64,000 nucleotides of DNA, taken from contig OX597840.1 in NCBI GenBank assembly GCA_951406725.2, positions 5,270,001-5,334,000 of the forward strand. Direction: 5' to 3'. Positions 14,669 through 29,223 of the stretch are shown in pieces (position 1 is the stretch's first letter; every line of letters begins with the position of its first letter). The notes beneath the pieces are model-generated. The model ran no database searches, was not told the DNA's origin, and saw only the letters and a list, made by a program, of their open reading frames with translations. A program made the translations under genes and the position numbers. Source of the stretch: Octopus vulgaris (lineage: Eukaryota).

Positions 14669-16324
14669 TATAGTAAAATAAGTACCAGTTGAATACTGGG
14701 GTTGATGTAATTGACTTAGCCTTTCCATCAAATTTGCTGACCTTGTGCCAAAATGTGAAATCAATATTATATTGATTAAATATGAGAGAGAGAGAGAGAG
14801 ATGGTGGTGATGTTAGTAGTAGTGGTGATGGTTGTGGGTGGTTGTGAGGTTTGTTACGATAACAAAGACTGATGGTAGTGGCGTTGGCGATGGCGTTGGT
14901 GATGGTGATGACAATGTCATTCCTTAATTGGATGGCATATAGCTTTCCGATTGACATACAAAGAACAATTGCAAAGAGTGCCACAGCCTGCTCCCCCATC
15001 TTCTACATTGTCAGCTACCACCCCAAAATGACACCGACACCAGCAGCAGTACCACCGCCACCACAAGCACCAGCACTACCACTACAACCACCACCACCAC
15101 CATCCGCTAAAACTTCCACCACCTCTACAACCATTGCCATTATCTCTGTTTCCACTACTGCTGTCATCACTACCATTAACTGTGACCACCACCACCATCA
15201 CCATCACCAATAGCACCACCACAACCAATTCCACCATCACCACCACCATCAGCACCACCACCACTACCACCACAACCAATACCACTATCACCACCACCAC
15301 CACCACCAGTAGCACCACCACAACCAATACCACTATCACCACCACCACCACCACCAATAACACCACCACAATCAATACTACCATCACCACCACCACCACC
15401 GCTACCCCTCCCCCCCAATAGCACCACCAAAACCATCACCACCATCACTACCACCACAACCACTTCAACCACTACCATCTCCGTCATCTTCACAATCACA
15501 ACTATCTATACTCTTTTACTCTCTTTTACTTGTTTCAGTCATTTGACTGCGGCCATGCTGGAGCACCACCTTTAAAATTTGTTATAAGGATTCAATAGAA
15601 GCTGGGCTCTGGAACCTGTAGGATGCCTGAAATGGTTAGGTACGATGACACAGAGTTTACAGTGAGTTATACAACAATGAAGGCATCACATATTAGTAGG
15701 ATACTGTGGATATATGTGAGTGCCTGATCCAAAGTAAACCATAGATGCAACTCTGGAGTCCATGGTGCCATGCAGTGGGACTGAACCCGGAACCATGTGG
15801 TTGGTATGCAAGCTACTTACCACACAGCCACTCCTGCGCCTATGATATAAATTGACATATATTAGTCAGAACAAACCATGATTCACTGAGTGTGTGACAG
15901 GGGGACCACAGTGTACTGGGTACATGAGAGGTAAACCGTGATATGCGAGGGATTACTATACAAGTATGTGTGTGTGTGTGTGGTTGTGTTTACGTGTGTA
16001 TGCGTGTGTGTATTTGTGTGTGAGTTTCGTGTCTCTGTTTGTTCCCCCATCACCACTTGACAACCAGTGTTGGTGTGTTTACATCCTCGTAATCTAGTGG
16101 TTCGGCAAAAGAGACTGATAGAATGAGTACCAGGCTTTCAAAAAGAATAAGTGGTAGGGGTCAATTTATTCAACTCTGACCCTTCAAGGCAGTGCTCCAG
16201 CATGGACACAGTCAAATGACTGAAACAAGTGCAAGGGAAAAAAGAATAAAAGAATAAATGCACAAATATACACACATACATACATACATACACATGCACA
16301 CACAAGTACATACATATACATGCT

Positions 16325-16732
16325 CTCTCTTTACTCTCTTTTACTTGTGTCAGTCATTCGACTGCGGCCATGCTGGAGCACCGCCTTTAGTCGAGCAGAT
16401 CGACCCCGGGACTTATTCTTTGTAAGCCCAGTACTTATTCTATCGGTCTCTTTTGCCGAACTGCTAAGTGACGGGGACATAAACACACCAGCATCAGTTG
16501 TCAAGCAATGCTAGAGGGACAAGCACAGACACACAAACATATACACACACATACATATATATATATATACATATATACGACAGGCTTCTTTCAGTTTCCG
16601 TCTACCAAATCCACTCACAAGGCATTGGTCGGCCCGGGCTATAGCAAAACACACTTGCCCAAGATGCCACGCAGTGGGACTGAACCTGGAACCATGTGGT
16701 TGGTAAGCAAGCTACTTACCACACAGCCACTC
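16325..16732 (-). mobile_element. Family A SINE, full length
   Basis: Matches consensus; a partial + copy precedes it at ~16020-16255. Confidence 0.9.
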
Positions 16733-17752
16733 CATGCACATGCACACACAAATACATACATATACATGCGCATGCACACACAAGCATGCATACACAAATA
16801 TGCACACACTGAAACATGCAGACACATACACACTTACACACACAAATCCACTCTCATATACTCATATGCATACAAATATACACATACACGCACAAATATA
16901 GACATATACTTTAACATGCACACACACATGTACGCACACACATACACATATACAAACACACACACATACAAGCATGCATACGCAAATGCAGACACACAAA
17001 CATGCACACACCCATACACCCACACACAAATCCACACATAGATACACACACAGATATACGTAGATACAAATGCACATACAGATACACATACATATATACA
17101 CAGACACACACACACATACATACACACATGCACACACACATACACACACACACATACACATACATACATACATACATACATACATACATACATACATACA
17201 CACTTACACATATACATACACATTCAAATACACATACATACACATACGTGCACATACATATACACACATACACACATACATGCACACATACTCATACTTA
17301 CATATACACACACATATGCATTCATGCATCCACACATCCACACACATATACATACATGCATACATACATATGTACACACACATACATACACACATGTGCA
17401 CATACATCCACATACATACTCACACATATGCATACATTCATACATACACACATACATACACACACACATACATACCCACACATATGCATACATTCATACA
17501 TACACACATACATACACATCCGCATACATACTCACATATACACACATACATACACATCCGCATACATACTCACACATATGCATACATTCATACATACACA
17601 CATACATACCCACACATATGCATACATTCATACATACACACATACATACACATCCGCATACATACTCACACATACACACATACATACACATCCGCATACA
17701 TACTCACACATATGCATACATTCATACATACACACATACATACACATACACT
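16733..17752. repeat. Degenerate (CA/CATA)n low-complexity tract
   Basis: Directly visible. Confidence 0.95.
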
Positions 17753-17806
17753 TGTTGGAGTTCAGCTGTAATACAATCCCCCATCTTTAATTATCATTTT
17801 CGAAGC

Positions 17807-17864
<58 letters not shown>

Positions 17865-18149
17865 GGGGAGTGATGGTGTCTTGTTGGAACTGCCAACAGA
17901 AGACATTCGAGGATAAGATGTCGGTGGGGGTGATGGTGTCTTGACGGAATTGCCAAGGTTTCATTTTGACCTTTGATCTGCTGCTTATTTCCATGATTAG
18001 TTTCAAATCACACTTGCTGTGTCCCAAACAGGCCCCTACCCCTGTCCCCTACTCCATCACACACCCACACAGCCCCCCCCCCCCCCCCCGCCCCACCTTT
18101 CTTCCTCCCTACCCTCACGCATTCTTATTCCCTCTCTCTCACTCTCACC

Positions 18150-18183
<34 letters not shown>

Positions 18184-18425
18184 TATACTTTCTCTCTCTT
18201 CTTGTCTCCTTCTACAGTCTAAATATTTGTCTGTCTGTCTGTCTGTCTGAAAGTCTGTCTGTATGTGTGTTTGCATAAACATCCCTGTGTCTGTCTGTCT
18301 GTCTGTCATTCTATCTGCCTCTCTCTCTCTCTCTCTCTCTGTCTATTGGTCTGTCTGTCTCTCTCTCTAACTTTCTGTCTTTCCTCCTACTTGCCTACAT
18401 AAAACTCATCCAAGCCATTCATCCA

Positions 18426-18461
<36 letters not shown>

Positions 18462-18594
18462 CTCAAACATACATATATATATATATATATACACATACAC
18501 ACATACACACATATATACATATACATATATATATATATATATCGTTTAAACGGACGCTAAACGATGATGATGATGATGATGATATATATATATC

Positions 18595-19137
18595 AGCCTC
18601 GGTCCGTTGCCAGCCTCGCCTGGTCCCCGTGCCGGTGGCACATAAAAAGCACCATCCGTTCGTGGCCGTTTGCCAGCTCTGTCTGGCACCTGTGCGGGTG
18701 GCACGTAAAAAGCAACCACTACACTCACGGAGTGGTTGGCGTTAGGAAGGGCATCCAGCCGTAGAAACACTGCCAGATCTGACTAGGCCTGATGAAGCCT
18801 TCCGGCTTCACAGACCCCAGTGAACCGTCCAACCCATGCTAGCATGGAAAACGGACGCTAAACGATGATGATGATGATATATATATACACATATACATAC
18901 ATATACGACTGGCTTCTGTGCCGGTGGCACGTTAAAAGCACCAACCGATTGTGGCCGATGCCAGACCCCCCTGGCACCTGTGCATGTGGCACGTAAAAAG
19001 CACCCACTGCACTCGCGGAGTGGTTGGTGTTACGAAGGGCATCAAGCTGTAGAAACACTGCCAGATCAGACTGGAGCCTGGTGCAGCCCCTGGCTTCCCA
19101 GACCCCGGTCGAACCGTCCAACCGTGCTAACGCGGAA
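18595..19137 (+). mobile_element. Two family B retroposon 3' parts in tandem
   Basis: Copies at 18595-18877 and 18905-19137, each ending 'aaccgtccaacc(c)atgcta...'. Confidence 0.85.
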
Positions 19138-19455
19138 AGAGGGCCTGCTTATTAGTGAAGGCCACTCACAAGGGAGTGAGTCAGGAGTGAGATCAGCAAT
19201 TCAGCAACGCCAGATCCATTAGAAAGGAGAATTTCTCAGACTGTGCGGCTGGATAGAAAGCCAAGGGTGTCTTGGGCTTTTGATGGGCCTTTGTGAGGCA
19301 GAGGGAAAGCCAGTGACTAGTGTGGGTGTGTGCATATGTGTGTGTGTGTTGGTATGTACCAAATGTATGTGTGCGTGAATGTTGGTGTGTTATTGGTAGT
19401 GTTATATATACATATATATATATGTATATATATATATATGTAAGAGTGTGTGTTT

Positions 19456-19503
<48 letters not shown>

Positions 19504-19649
19504 CTGTTTTTTGGGGTCTTTGCCTGCTAGTTCTGTCATTGTAGATTGAATTAGTACACTGAAGCGAAATGGCATTCAAGAATATTCAAGTGTTTACAAT
19601 GATTCTCTTTGTGGTTCGAAGATATAATGTTTTTCTGAGTTGGCATCAA

Positions 19650-19705
<56 letters not shown>

Positions 19706-19716
19706 TAAAAAATAAC

Positions 19717-19748
<32 letters not shown>

Positions 19749-19792
19749 TAAAAATAATAATAATAATAATGATAATAATAATGACAATGATA

Positions 19793-19842
<50 letters not shown>

Positions 19843-19860
19843 GATAAAAATAACAACAAC

Positions 19861-19915
<55 letters not shown>

Positions 19916-19935
19916 GTAATGATAATAATAATAAT
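19650..19935. repeat. (AAT)n microsatellite
   Basis: Directly visible. Confidence 0.97.
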
Positions 19936-19992
19936 TCTTGGTGAGAAACGGAAGAAAATTTGAAGAAAGAAGGAAAAATAATAATAATAATT

Positions 19993-20415
19993 AATTCTTT
20001 TTATTGGCCACAAGGGCTGGCAAACATGATTGGAAAACATAAAGGGACAAAACAGGACGAAGGGTTACAAAGGGTTTTGTCCGTTTGTGAAAAAGTCGTG
20101 TAAAACAGTGTAACAATCAAATAATATAATAACGAAAAACTCCCAATAGCGGGAGGTGTTACGAAAGGTTCCTGGTGGAAAAACCCATAAAAGCCAACGG
20201 GAGCCTGGTCAAAAGGTGGGTAGAGAGCCCCTTTCTCCTTTTATAATACCTTTTTAAATTACAGGCGAAAACTCAGAATTAGTCCATTTATACTGGCCAT
20301 TCTTGTGCAATTCACCCACCTTTCAGAAAACTTGCAATCAGACAGCACTCTCCTCTCTACTTTCACCTTCCTTTTCAAGTGAAACTTGAAAAAGTTGATG
20401 AGGCCTTGACCAAAA
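19993..20415 (-). mobile_element. L1/Tx1-like LINE 3' end (ORF2 C-terminus + 3' UTR)
   Basis: Minus frame GQGLINFFKFHLKRKVKVERRVLSDCKFSERWVNCTRMASINGLILSFRL*, 3' UTR ending AATAAA at (ATT)n; a related 3' UTR lies at 23265-23520. Confidence 0.6.
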
Positions 20416-20429
20416 TAATAGTAATGTAG

Positions 20430-20830
20430 GGGCAGGAGTGACTGTGTGGTAAGTAGTTTGCTAACCAACCACATGGTTCCGGGTTCAGTCCCACTGCGTG
20501 GCACCTTGGGCAAGTGTCTTCTGCTAGAGCCCCGGGCCGACCAATGCCTTGTGAGTGGATTTGGTAGACAGAAACTGAAAGAAGCCTGTCGTATATATGT
20601 ATATAAATATATATGTGTGTTTGTGTGTCTGTGTGTCTGTGTTTGTCCCCCTAGCATTGCTTGACAACCGATGCTGGTGTGTTACATCCCCGTTACTTAG
20701 CGGTTCAGCGAAAGAGACCGATAGAATAAGTACTGGGCTTACAAAGAATAAGTCCCGGGATCGATTTGCTCGACTAAAGGCGGTGCTCCAGCATGGCCGC
20801 AGTCAAATGACTGAAACAAGTAAAGAGTAA
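20430..20830 (+). mobile_element. Family A SINE, full length
   Basis: Matches consensus. Confidence 0.92.
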
Positions 20831-20942
20831 AATAGTAATAATAATTATGATGATTTCATTTTCTTGCCCCCAAGGCGAAGGATGAGGGTCACAATACAAA
20901 AACAGTGTTGGGGTTTACACATAATGAAACGATGATAAAAAA

Positions 20943-21347
20943 GCAGGAGTGGCTGTGTGGTAAGTAGCTTGCTTATGAACCACATGGTTCCAGGTTCAGT
21001 CCCACTGAGTGGCAACTTGGGCAAGTGTCTTCTAATATAGCCTTGGGCCGACCAAGGCCTTGTGAGTGGATTTGGTAGACGGAAACTGAAAGAAGCCCAT
21101 CGTATATATATATATATGTGTGTGTGTGTATATGTTTGTGTGTATGTGTTTGTCCCCACAACATCGCTTGACAACTGTCACTGGTGTGTTTACGTCCCTG
21201 TAACTTAGCAGTTCAGCTAGAGAGACCGATAGAATAAATACTAGGCTTACAAAGAATAAGTCCTGGGGTTGATTTGCTTGACTAAAAGGCGGTGCTCCAG
21301 CATGGCCACAGTCAAATGACTGAAACAAGTAAAAGAGTAAAAGAATA
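20943..21347 (+). mobile_element. Family A SINE, full length
   Basis: Matches consensus. Confidence 0.92.
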
Positions 21348-21399
21348 AATAACAAGAAAAATTTTTAATTAAAGAAAAATTGTAATTATACACAGTATA

Positions 21400-21808
21400 C
21401 TCTCTCTTTTACTCTTTTACTTGTTTCAGTCATTTGACTGCGGCCATGCTGGAGCACCACCTTTAATCGAGCAACTCAACCCAGGACTTATTCTTTATAA
21501 GCCCAGTACTTATTCTATCGGTCTCTTTTGTCGAACCGCTAAGTGACGGGGACATAAACACACCAGCATCGGTTGTCAAGCAATGCTAGGGGGACAAACA
21601 CAGACACACAAAGACACACGCACATATATATATATATATATATACATATATATGACGGGCTTCTTTCAGTTTCTGTCTACCAAATCCACTCACAAGTCAT
21701 TGGTTGGCCCGAGGCTATAGTAGAAGACACTTGCCCAAGGTGCCGCGCAGTGGGACTGAACCCGGAACCATGTGGTTGGTAAGCAAGCTACTTACCACAC
21801 AGCCACTT
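21400..21808 (-). mobile_element. Family A SINE, full length, tail-to-tail with the previous copy
   Basis: Matches consensus. Confidence 0.92.
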
Positions 21809-22129
21809 AAATATTCATAATATACAAAAATTTAAAGAAAAAAGAGTTGGGTAGGGAGGATGATAGTGATGTGGCCCTTCTGACACAGGATAACCTCTAA
21901 GGATAATCAAAGAACCCCACTCTCCGAGATTTCCCTGAACACCAAGAACAAGTGCTCTCTGCAATTCCTTCTCTCCAACTCACAGGTCTACATTGCTTGG
22001 AACTGCAAGAATTTTTTACAGGGTTCTTGAAGCATGAGTAGTAATCAAGTGTCCCCTTAGTCAGCGGACACTCTCAGTCATACCCAGAAAAATAGACTGC
22101 GGGTTTTCATCAAATAATAATAATAAATC

Positions 22130-22760
22130 TTTCTTATTTCTTTCATTGCCCACAAAGGGCTAGACACAGAGGTGACAAACAAGGACAGACAAAGGGATTA
22201 AGTTGTAACTGGTACTTATTTAATCGACCCCAAAACGATGAAAGACAAAGTCGACCTTGGCAGAATTTGAACTCAGAATGTAAATGCAGACGAAATACCT
22301 ATTTCTTTACTGCCCACAAGGGCAGAGGTGACAAACAAGGACAGATAGACAGATTAAGTCGATTACATTGACCCCAGTGTGTAACTGGTACTTATTTAAT
22401 CAACCCCAAAAGGAGGAAAGGCAAAGTCGACCTTGGTGGAATTTGAACTCAGAACGTAGTGGCAGACGAAATTCCAGTAAGCATTTTACCCAGCGTGCTA
22501 ACGTTTCTGCCAGCTTGCCACCTTATAATAAATCTTTCTGCGAAAGGCACAAGGTCTGAAATTTGGGAGAGTGGACTAGGCAATTATATCAAACCCCAGT
22601 GTTTTACTGGTACTTAATTTATTATCTCCAAAAGGATGAAAGGCAAATTCATCTTTGGTGGGATTTTTTAAATTTGAGCTCAGAACGTAAAGACAGATGA
22701 AATGCAGCTCAGCATTTTTGCCTGATGTGATAACAATTCTGCTGGCGAGCTGCCTTCTTA
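22130..22760 (-). mobile_element. Cluster of three family C SINE copies or fragments
   Basis: Repeated 'actggtactta...gaaaggcaaagtcgacc...atttgaactcagaac'. Confidence 0.8.
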
Positions 22761-22774
22761 ATAATAAAATTAAC

Positions 22775-22830
<56 letters not shown>

Positions 22831-22833
<3 letters not shown>

Positions 22834-23228
22834 AATAGAAATCAGCAAAATGTGGAACCTGAAGACTAAAACAATACCTGTTGTCATAGGTGCCCTGGGA
22901 ATGATAGCAAAAGGGGCTGATTGCTACCTAACTCAGATACCAGGAAACCCCAAAATGGCAGAAATTCAAAAGATAGTGCTCATGGGAACTGCTCATATCC
23001 TACACAAAATACTTTCTATGTAATCTCAAGTTTTAAAACAAACATAATTTTCGTCTTTTTTGGGGTTTTTTTTTAAAATTCACTAGTACAACACTAAAAA
23101 CCAAACCAAATATATGGCACACTAGGCATAACAACATCATGAACTTCCAACCTGTTGTCTCTTGAGGTCTCTGGGTGAGACTTGGAGCCAACTTGTACAA
23201 ATGTAAAGCAAAAATCAAACATAGAATG

Positions 23229-23230
<2 letters not shown>
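22831..23230 (+). mobile_element. R4/Dong-like non-LTR retrotransposon 3' fragment (restriction-like endonuclease C-terminus) in (AAT)n
   Basis: EIEISKMWNLKTKTIPVVIGALGMI...IQKIVLMGTAHILHKIL*, flanked on both sides by (AAT)n. Confidence 0.85.
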
Positions 23231-23264
<34 letters not shown>

Positions 23265-23520
23265 TCTGGTTTTATTGGCTACAAGGGATAACATAAATTA
23301 AAAGCATGTAAGGAGAAACACAGGACGAAAAGTACAAAGGGTTTTGTGAGAAAGAAAGGACCTTGTAAACATTAAAATAACAACGAAAAATATAACAAAT
23401 AAAACTCCCATTACGGGGAGGCATTTTGAAAGGTTACTTATGAAAAAACCCATAAAAGCCATGGGAGCCTGGTCAGAAAAACATAGAGAGCCCCTTTTCC
23501 TTTTATATTACCCTTATAAT
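23265..23520 (-). mobile_element. L1/Tx1-like 3' UTR fragment, same family as 19993-20415
   Basis: Shared 'aaaactccca...gggag', 'aaacccataaaagcca..gggagcctggtc', 'tagagagcccc'. Confidence 0.65.
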
Positions 23521-23947
23521 AATAATTTCAAATAGCAATAACCAATCTTGGATAACCCTTCTTGGCTATATAAATAAAAAATATCTAAAAAATGGGCAAA
23601 AAGTTGGTACAAAAGAAAAAAATATATATTTGATAAAAACTTTAGACAAGGTTTGTTTTTTATAATGTTGATATTTTAATTAATGTAAAATATAAATAAA
23701 ATAATTAAGAATCCACATGCACACACACATTTATCTTATTGTCTGTTACTTGTTTTAGTCATAGGACAGTAGCCATCCTGGGGCACCACCTTGAAGGGGT
23801 TTTGCTGAACAAATCAACACCACGATTCTTTTTTTTTTCCTCAGCCTGCTACTTTTATCAGTCTCGTTTGCCCGAATCCAGTTAATTACAAGGATGTAAA
23901 CAACACACACATATGCACACATACACATGCACATGTATATACATACA

Positions 23948-24001
<54 letters not shown>

Positions 24002-24003
24002 TA

Positions 24004-24064
<61 letters not shown>

Positions 24065-24086
24065 ATATATATATATATATATATAG

Positions 24087-24295
24087 ATATTAAATAATTA
24101 GGGTTCAGCAAAGATTTGCTTTAACACATACTGAAGTTTTAGTTCGGTATGTGGTAAAGCAAATCTTTGCTGAACCCTAATTATTTAGTATTACTTAAGT
24201 TTAACATGAAATGATCCTTTTTTCATGCTGAATTCTACTTGGTGAAATTATTGATTACTTCTTAATTAATTAATTTTACTCTTTGTTATTATATA
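24087..24295 (+). mobile_element. 5'-truncated Penelope-like pLTR remnant with inverted 5' duplication (49-bp-arm hairpin)
   Basis: Arms 24087-24135 and 24143-24191 are inverted; the right arm onward is homologous to 40007-40180; flanked by (TA)n. Confidence 0.6.
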
Positions 24296-24413
24296 TAGAT
24301 ATGTATATGTGTACGTATGTATATGTGTATATATATATCATCATCATCATCATCGTTTAACGTCCACTTTCTATGCTAGCATAGGTTTGTGTATCTATCT
24401 ATCTATCTATCAA

Positions 24414-24486
<73 letters not shown>

Positions 24487-24488
<2 letters not shown>

Positions 24489-24956
24489 GGCCTCTACCTG
24501 GGATGTAGTCAGTCCACTTATGCATACCTTTCCTTCTTGGGACACAAAACTCTACTTGTGAAGACCTGTTGAGGCAAGTGGAAATAAAAATCAAAATTGA
24601 AATCGATCAACATCAATGGAAATTGCAGCTGTGATACCAGTGCCGGTGGCACGTAAGAGAACCATCCGAATGTGGTCGTTGCCAGCCTCGCCTGGCCCCT
24701 GTGCCGGTGGCACATAAAAAGCACCATCCGATCGTGGCTGTTTGCCAGCCTTGTCTGGCACCTGTGCCGGTGGCACGTAAAAAGCACCCACTACACTCAC
24801 GGAGTGGTTGGCGTTAGGAAGGGCATCCAGCCGTAGAAACATTGCCAGATCAGACTGGGCCTGGTGCAGCCTTCTGGCTTCCCAGACCCCAGTTGAACCG
24901 TCCAACCCATGCTAGCATGGGAAGCGGATGCTAAATGATGATGATGATGATGATGA
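24487..24956 (+). mobile_element. Family B retroposon, long copy
   Basis: Includes 5' 'tgggacacaaaactctacttgtgaagacctgttgaggcaagtg', subrepeats and (GAT)n tail. Confidence 0.88.
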
Positions 24957-25199
24957 TATATGGATGGATTCTTTCATTCATTCATACATACATTGACATC
25001 ATCATTGTTTTGATGTGCCCTTTTTCTGTGCTTGCATGGGTCGAATGAAATTTTGTGGAGGCAGATTTTTACAACCAGATGCTCTTCCTGTCATTAACCC
25101 TCACATGCTTCCTGTTCCCAAGTAAGGTAATATTTTCCCATGGTTGGACAAGTTTTCACAGAATACAGAAGCCAGAAGATGCTGCTTGTATGACAGTGA

Positions 25200-26013
25200 T
25201 ATGATCATCACCACCATCACCATCAGCATGACTACCATCACCACCACTACCACCTTACCATCACCACTACTGCTACCACTATCTCTACCACCATCACTAT
25301 AACTACTACTACTACTACCACCTTCACACCTCAACCACCATGACCACGATGACTACCACCACCACTGCCGCTACCACCACCATCACCACCACCACCACCA
25401 CCACCACTACCCCCTTACCATCACCACTACTGCTACCACTATCTCTACCACCATCACTATAACTACTACTACTACAACTTCCACAACCACCACCACCATG
25501 ACCACCACCACTGCTGCCACCATCACCCCTACTGCTACCACTATCTCTACCACCATCACTATAACTACTACTACTACAAACTTCAGCATCACAACCACCA
25601 TGACCACCACCACTGCCGCCGCCACCACCATCACCACCACCACCACCACCATCATCACTACCACCACCACCACTACCACTACCACCTTACCATCGTCACT
25701 ACTGCTACCACTATCTCTACCACGATCACTATAACTACTACTACTACAACCTTCACCACCACAACCACCATGACCACCACCATTGCCACCACCACCACCA
25801 TCACCACCACAACCACCATGACCTCCACCACCACCACCACCACCACTACTGCTACCACTACTGCTACCACTATCTCTACCACCATCACTATAACTACAAC
25901 TACTACAACCTTCACCACCACAACCACCATGACCACCACCACTGCCGCCACCACCACCATCACCACCATCACCACCACCACCATCATCATCATCACCACC
26001 GCCGCCGCCACCA
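25200..26013. repeat. (CCA/CTA)n-based minisatellite with a recurring ~43-bp module
   Basis: 'ctgctaccactatctctaccaccatcactataactact' recurs five times. Confidence 0.9.
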
Positions 26014-26037
26014 TACTGTAATATCCCAGTTGGCTGC

Positions 26038-26110
26038 TATTGGTCAAAGAGAAAATGTTGAAATCAAACATTTTCAAGGCTTCAACAATTATCAAGGTTA
26101 CTATGGCAAC
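26038..26110. promoter_or_regulatory. Candidate RFX X-box with nearby inverted CCAAT box
   Basis: GTTACTATGGCAAC at 26097-26110 fits the palindromic X-box consensus; ATTGG at ~26039-26043; short unique island between repeats. Confidence 0.35.
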
Positions 26111-26344
26111 AAGAGTGATGAAGGGAGTGGAGGGGTGGAGAGGGCGAGTGGATCTTGTTGAAAAAAAGGAGAAAGAGGGGGAGGAAGTAGAGAGAGAGAG
26201 AGAGAGAGAGACAAAGGGGGAGGGAGATGAGATTTGTTATAAGAGGAAGATGAGCTAAATGGTGTGAAGGGGGAGTAGGAAGAGAAGATGAAGAAGAGTA
26301 GGAGAGGAGGTGGAGAAGGAAGAGAGAGAAGAGAAAGAGGCAAC

Positions 26345-26591
26345 TTGTGTGTGTGTGTGTGTGTGAGGGAGAGATAACTTGTGTGTGTGTTTGTGTATGT
26401 TTGTGTGTGTTGTGTATGTGTGTCTGTGTGTGTGTGTGTGTGAGGGAGAGATAACTTGTGTGTGTGTTTGTGAGTGTGTGTGTGTGCGTGTGTATATGTG
26501 TGTATGAGAGAAAGGGCAAGAGATACCTTGTGTCTGCATGTGCATGTGTGTGTATATATATGTGTGTGTGTGTGAGAGAGAGAGAGATAAC

Positions 26592-26654
<63 letters not shown>

Positions 26655-26738
26655 AGGGAGAGATAGCTTGTGTGTGTGTGTATGCGTGTATGTGTGTGTA
26701 TGAGAGAAAGGGCAAGAAATACCTTGTTTGCACGTGCA

Positions 26739-26770
<32 letters not shown>

Positions 26771-27445
26771 CATGTGTGTGAGGGAGGGAGGGAGAGAGAG
26801 AGGGATTGTGTGTGTTTGTGTCTTTGTTTGTGTTCCTGAGAGGAAGATGAGGAGAGAGAAATAACATCTGTATGTTTATGTGGGTACAAGTGTGTGTGTG
26901 TGAGAGTTTGTGCGTGTGTATGTGTGTGCATGTGTGTGCATGTGTGTGAGTGTGTGTGTGAGTTTGTGTGTGTGTATGTGTGTGCATGTGTGTGAATGTG
27001 TGTGCATGTGTGTGTGTGAGTTTGTGTGTGTGTATGTGTGTGCATGTGTGTGCATGTGTGTGAGTGTGTGTGTGAGAGTTTGTGCGTGTGTATGTGTTTG
27101 CATGTGTGTGAGTGTGTGTGTGAGAGTTTGTGCGTGTGTATGTGTGTGCATGTGTGGGCATGTGTGTGAGTATGTGTGTGAGAGTTTGTGCGTGTGTGTG
27201 TGTGTGCATGTGTGTGAGTGTGTGTGTGAGAATTTGTGCGTGTGTATGTGTGTGCATGTGTGTGCATGTGTGTGCATCTGTGTGAGTGTGTGTAAGAGAG
27301 TTTGTGTGTGTATGTGTGTGCATGTGTGTGTGCATGTGTGTGAGAGTTTGTGTGTGTGTATGTGTGTGCATGTGTGTGTGATGTGTGTGCGTGTGTGTGT
27401 GTGCATGTGTGTGCATGTGTGTGTATGTGTGTGAGTGTGTGTGAG
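26345..27445. repeat. Degenerate (TG)n/TGCA minisatellite
   Basis: Directly visible. Confidence 0.95.
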
Positions 27446-28148
27446 AGAAAGAGAGAGTGTATACTGAGTGTTGGAGGGGAGAGATCAGAGAAAGTGGTTA
27501 GAAATGAGTGAGGTAGGGAGGGACGTAGGGAGGGAGGAAAATGAGAAGTAAAGGAGGAGGATGTTGAGTGGGCGTGATGTGAAGATGGGAGTGTGAGTGA
27601 GAGAGAGAGAGGGAGAGAGAGAAAAAGAGAGAAAGGGAGAGACAGACAAACAGTCAGAGAAAGAGAGACAGAGAAAGAAAAGTGATGTAAAGAAATAGTG
27701 TTTGATAAGGAATTTCTAAAATAATAAAATACTTCAAATCTGGTGAATCTGTGTTTGGTGTCTCTCAAAGAGAGAGTAGGCAGTGGGAGCACTATGATGA
27801 TCACAAGTGTTTCATTGCAATTCTCCTGTTGATGTGATAGGTGGAGAGGAAAAGAGAAACACCTGAGATAGACGAATTTACTGTTCAAACTGCATGCTTG
27901 TTCTATGCACATGCACACACACACATGCACATGCACACACACTTATGTATACGCTCATGCACACACATACATGTCCAGGCGTGGCTGTGTGGTAAGAAGC
28001 TTGCTTCCCAACCACATGGTTCCAGGTTCAGTCTCATTGTATGGCACCTTTGGCAAGTGACTTCTACCATAGCCTCAGGCCGACTAAAGTCTTGCGAATG
28101 GATTTGGTAGACAGAACCTAAAAGAAGCCCATCATATATATTCATATA

Positions 28149-28237
<89 letters not shown>

Positions 28238-28287
28238 TTACTTGTAAATGGATGTGTGATGTTCAGTCAAATATTTATATAAATAAG

Positions 28288-28608
<321 letters not shown>

Positions 28609-29054
28609 TTTGAGCAGACAGCCAACAACTGATGGAGGGTCACTCTTCATGTTACTTGTCCTGTTTTCCATTTGTTTCTCTTGTTTGTGTATTGAACTTA
28701 TTTGTTTACATATTTCATGTTGTTTACTGTTGGTGTCGTTCTGTACACATATATGCATATATATGTATATATATATATGCATATATATAAATATTATTTA
28801 TTTTAAATATAAATATTATTTTATTTTAAATAAAACCTCTGATTCAATAACACTGTGTATAAACTCTATACTTGGAATGCCCAATTTTAAATACTATTGG
28901 ATTTTACTCATAAGGTATTGGAATCTTATATGTATACCATTCTACAAATACAATATCCCTGCATATCTCACATCTATTTTCTTTCCTCCACCTCGCTCTC
29001 TATTTTGTATCTTATCTAAATTAACTATTACTTAACCATCCTCTCACACCGTTT

Positions 29055-29094
29055 TCGATGAAGGGATATAATAAATATCCTGGAAACAGCTGAA
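29055..29094 (+). ncRNA. Degenerate hammerhead-like motif
   Basis: TCGATGA-AG-GGATAT-aataa-ATATCC-TG-GAAA-CAGCTG-AA; same stem III as 40561 but core and cleavage triplet are mutated. Confidence 0.5.
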
Positions 29095-29223
29095 ATCCTC
29101 TCCATCCATTTGACCATCGTACTTTAATTCAAACCATAAACTACTGCTTTTTGCATCTTAACCCTTTAGTATTCAGATCACTCTGTCAAATGTGATGTTT
29201 ATTTACTCATATTGTTTGAAATC

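Noticed and set aside
17866-17956. Two 26-bp direct repeats 60 bp apart
   Set aside because: Only two imperfect copies; an ordinary local duplication, not a CRISPR array.
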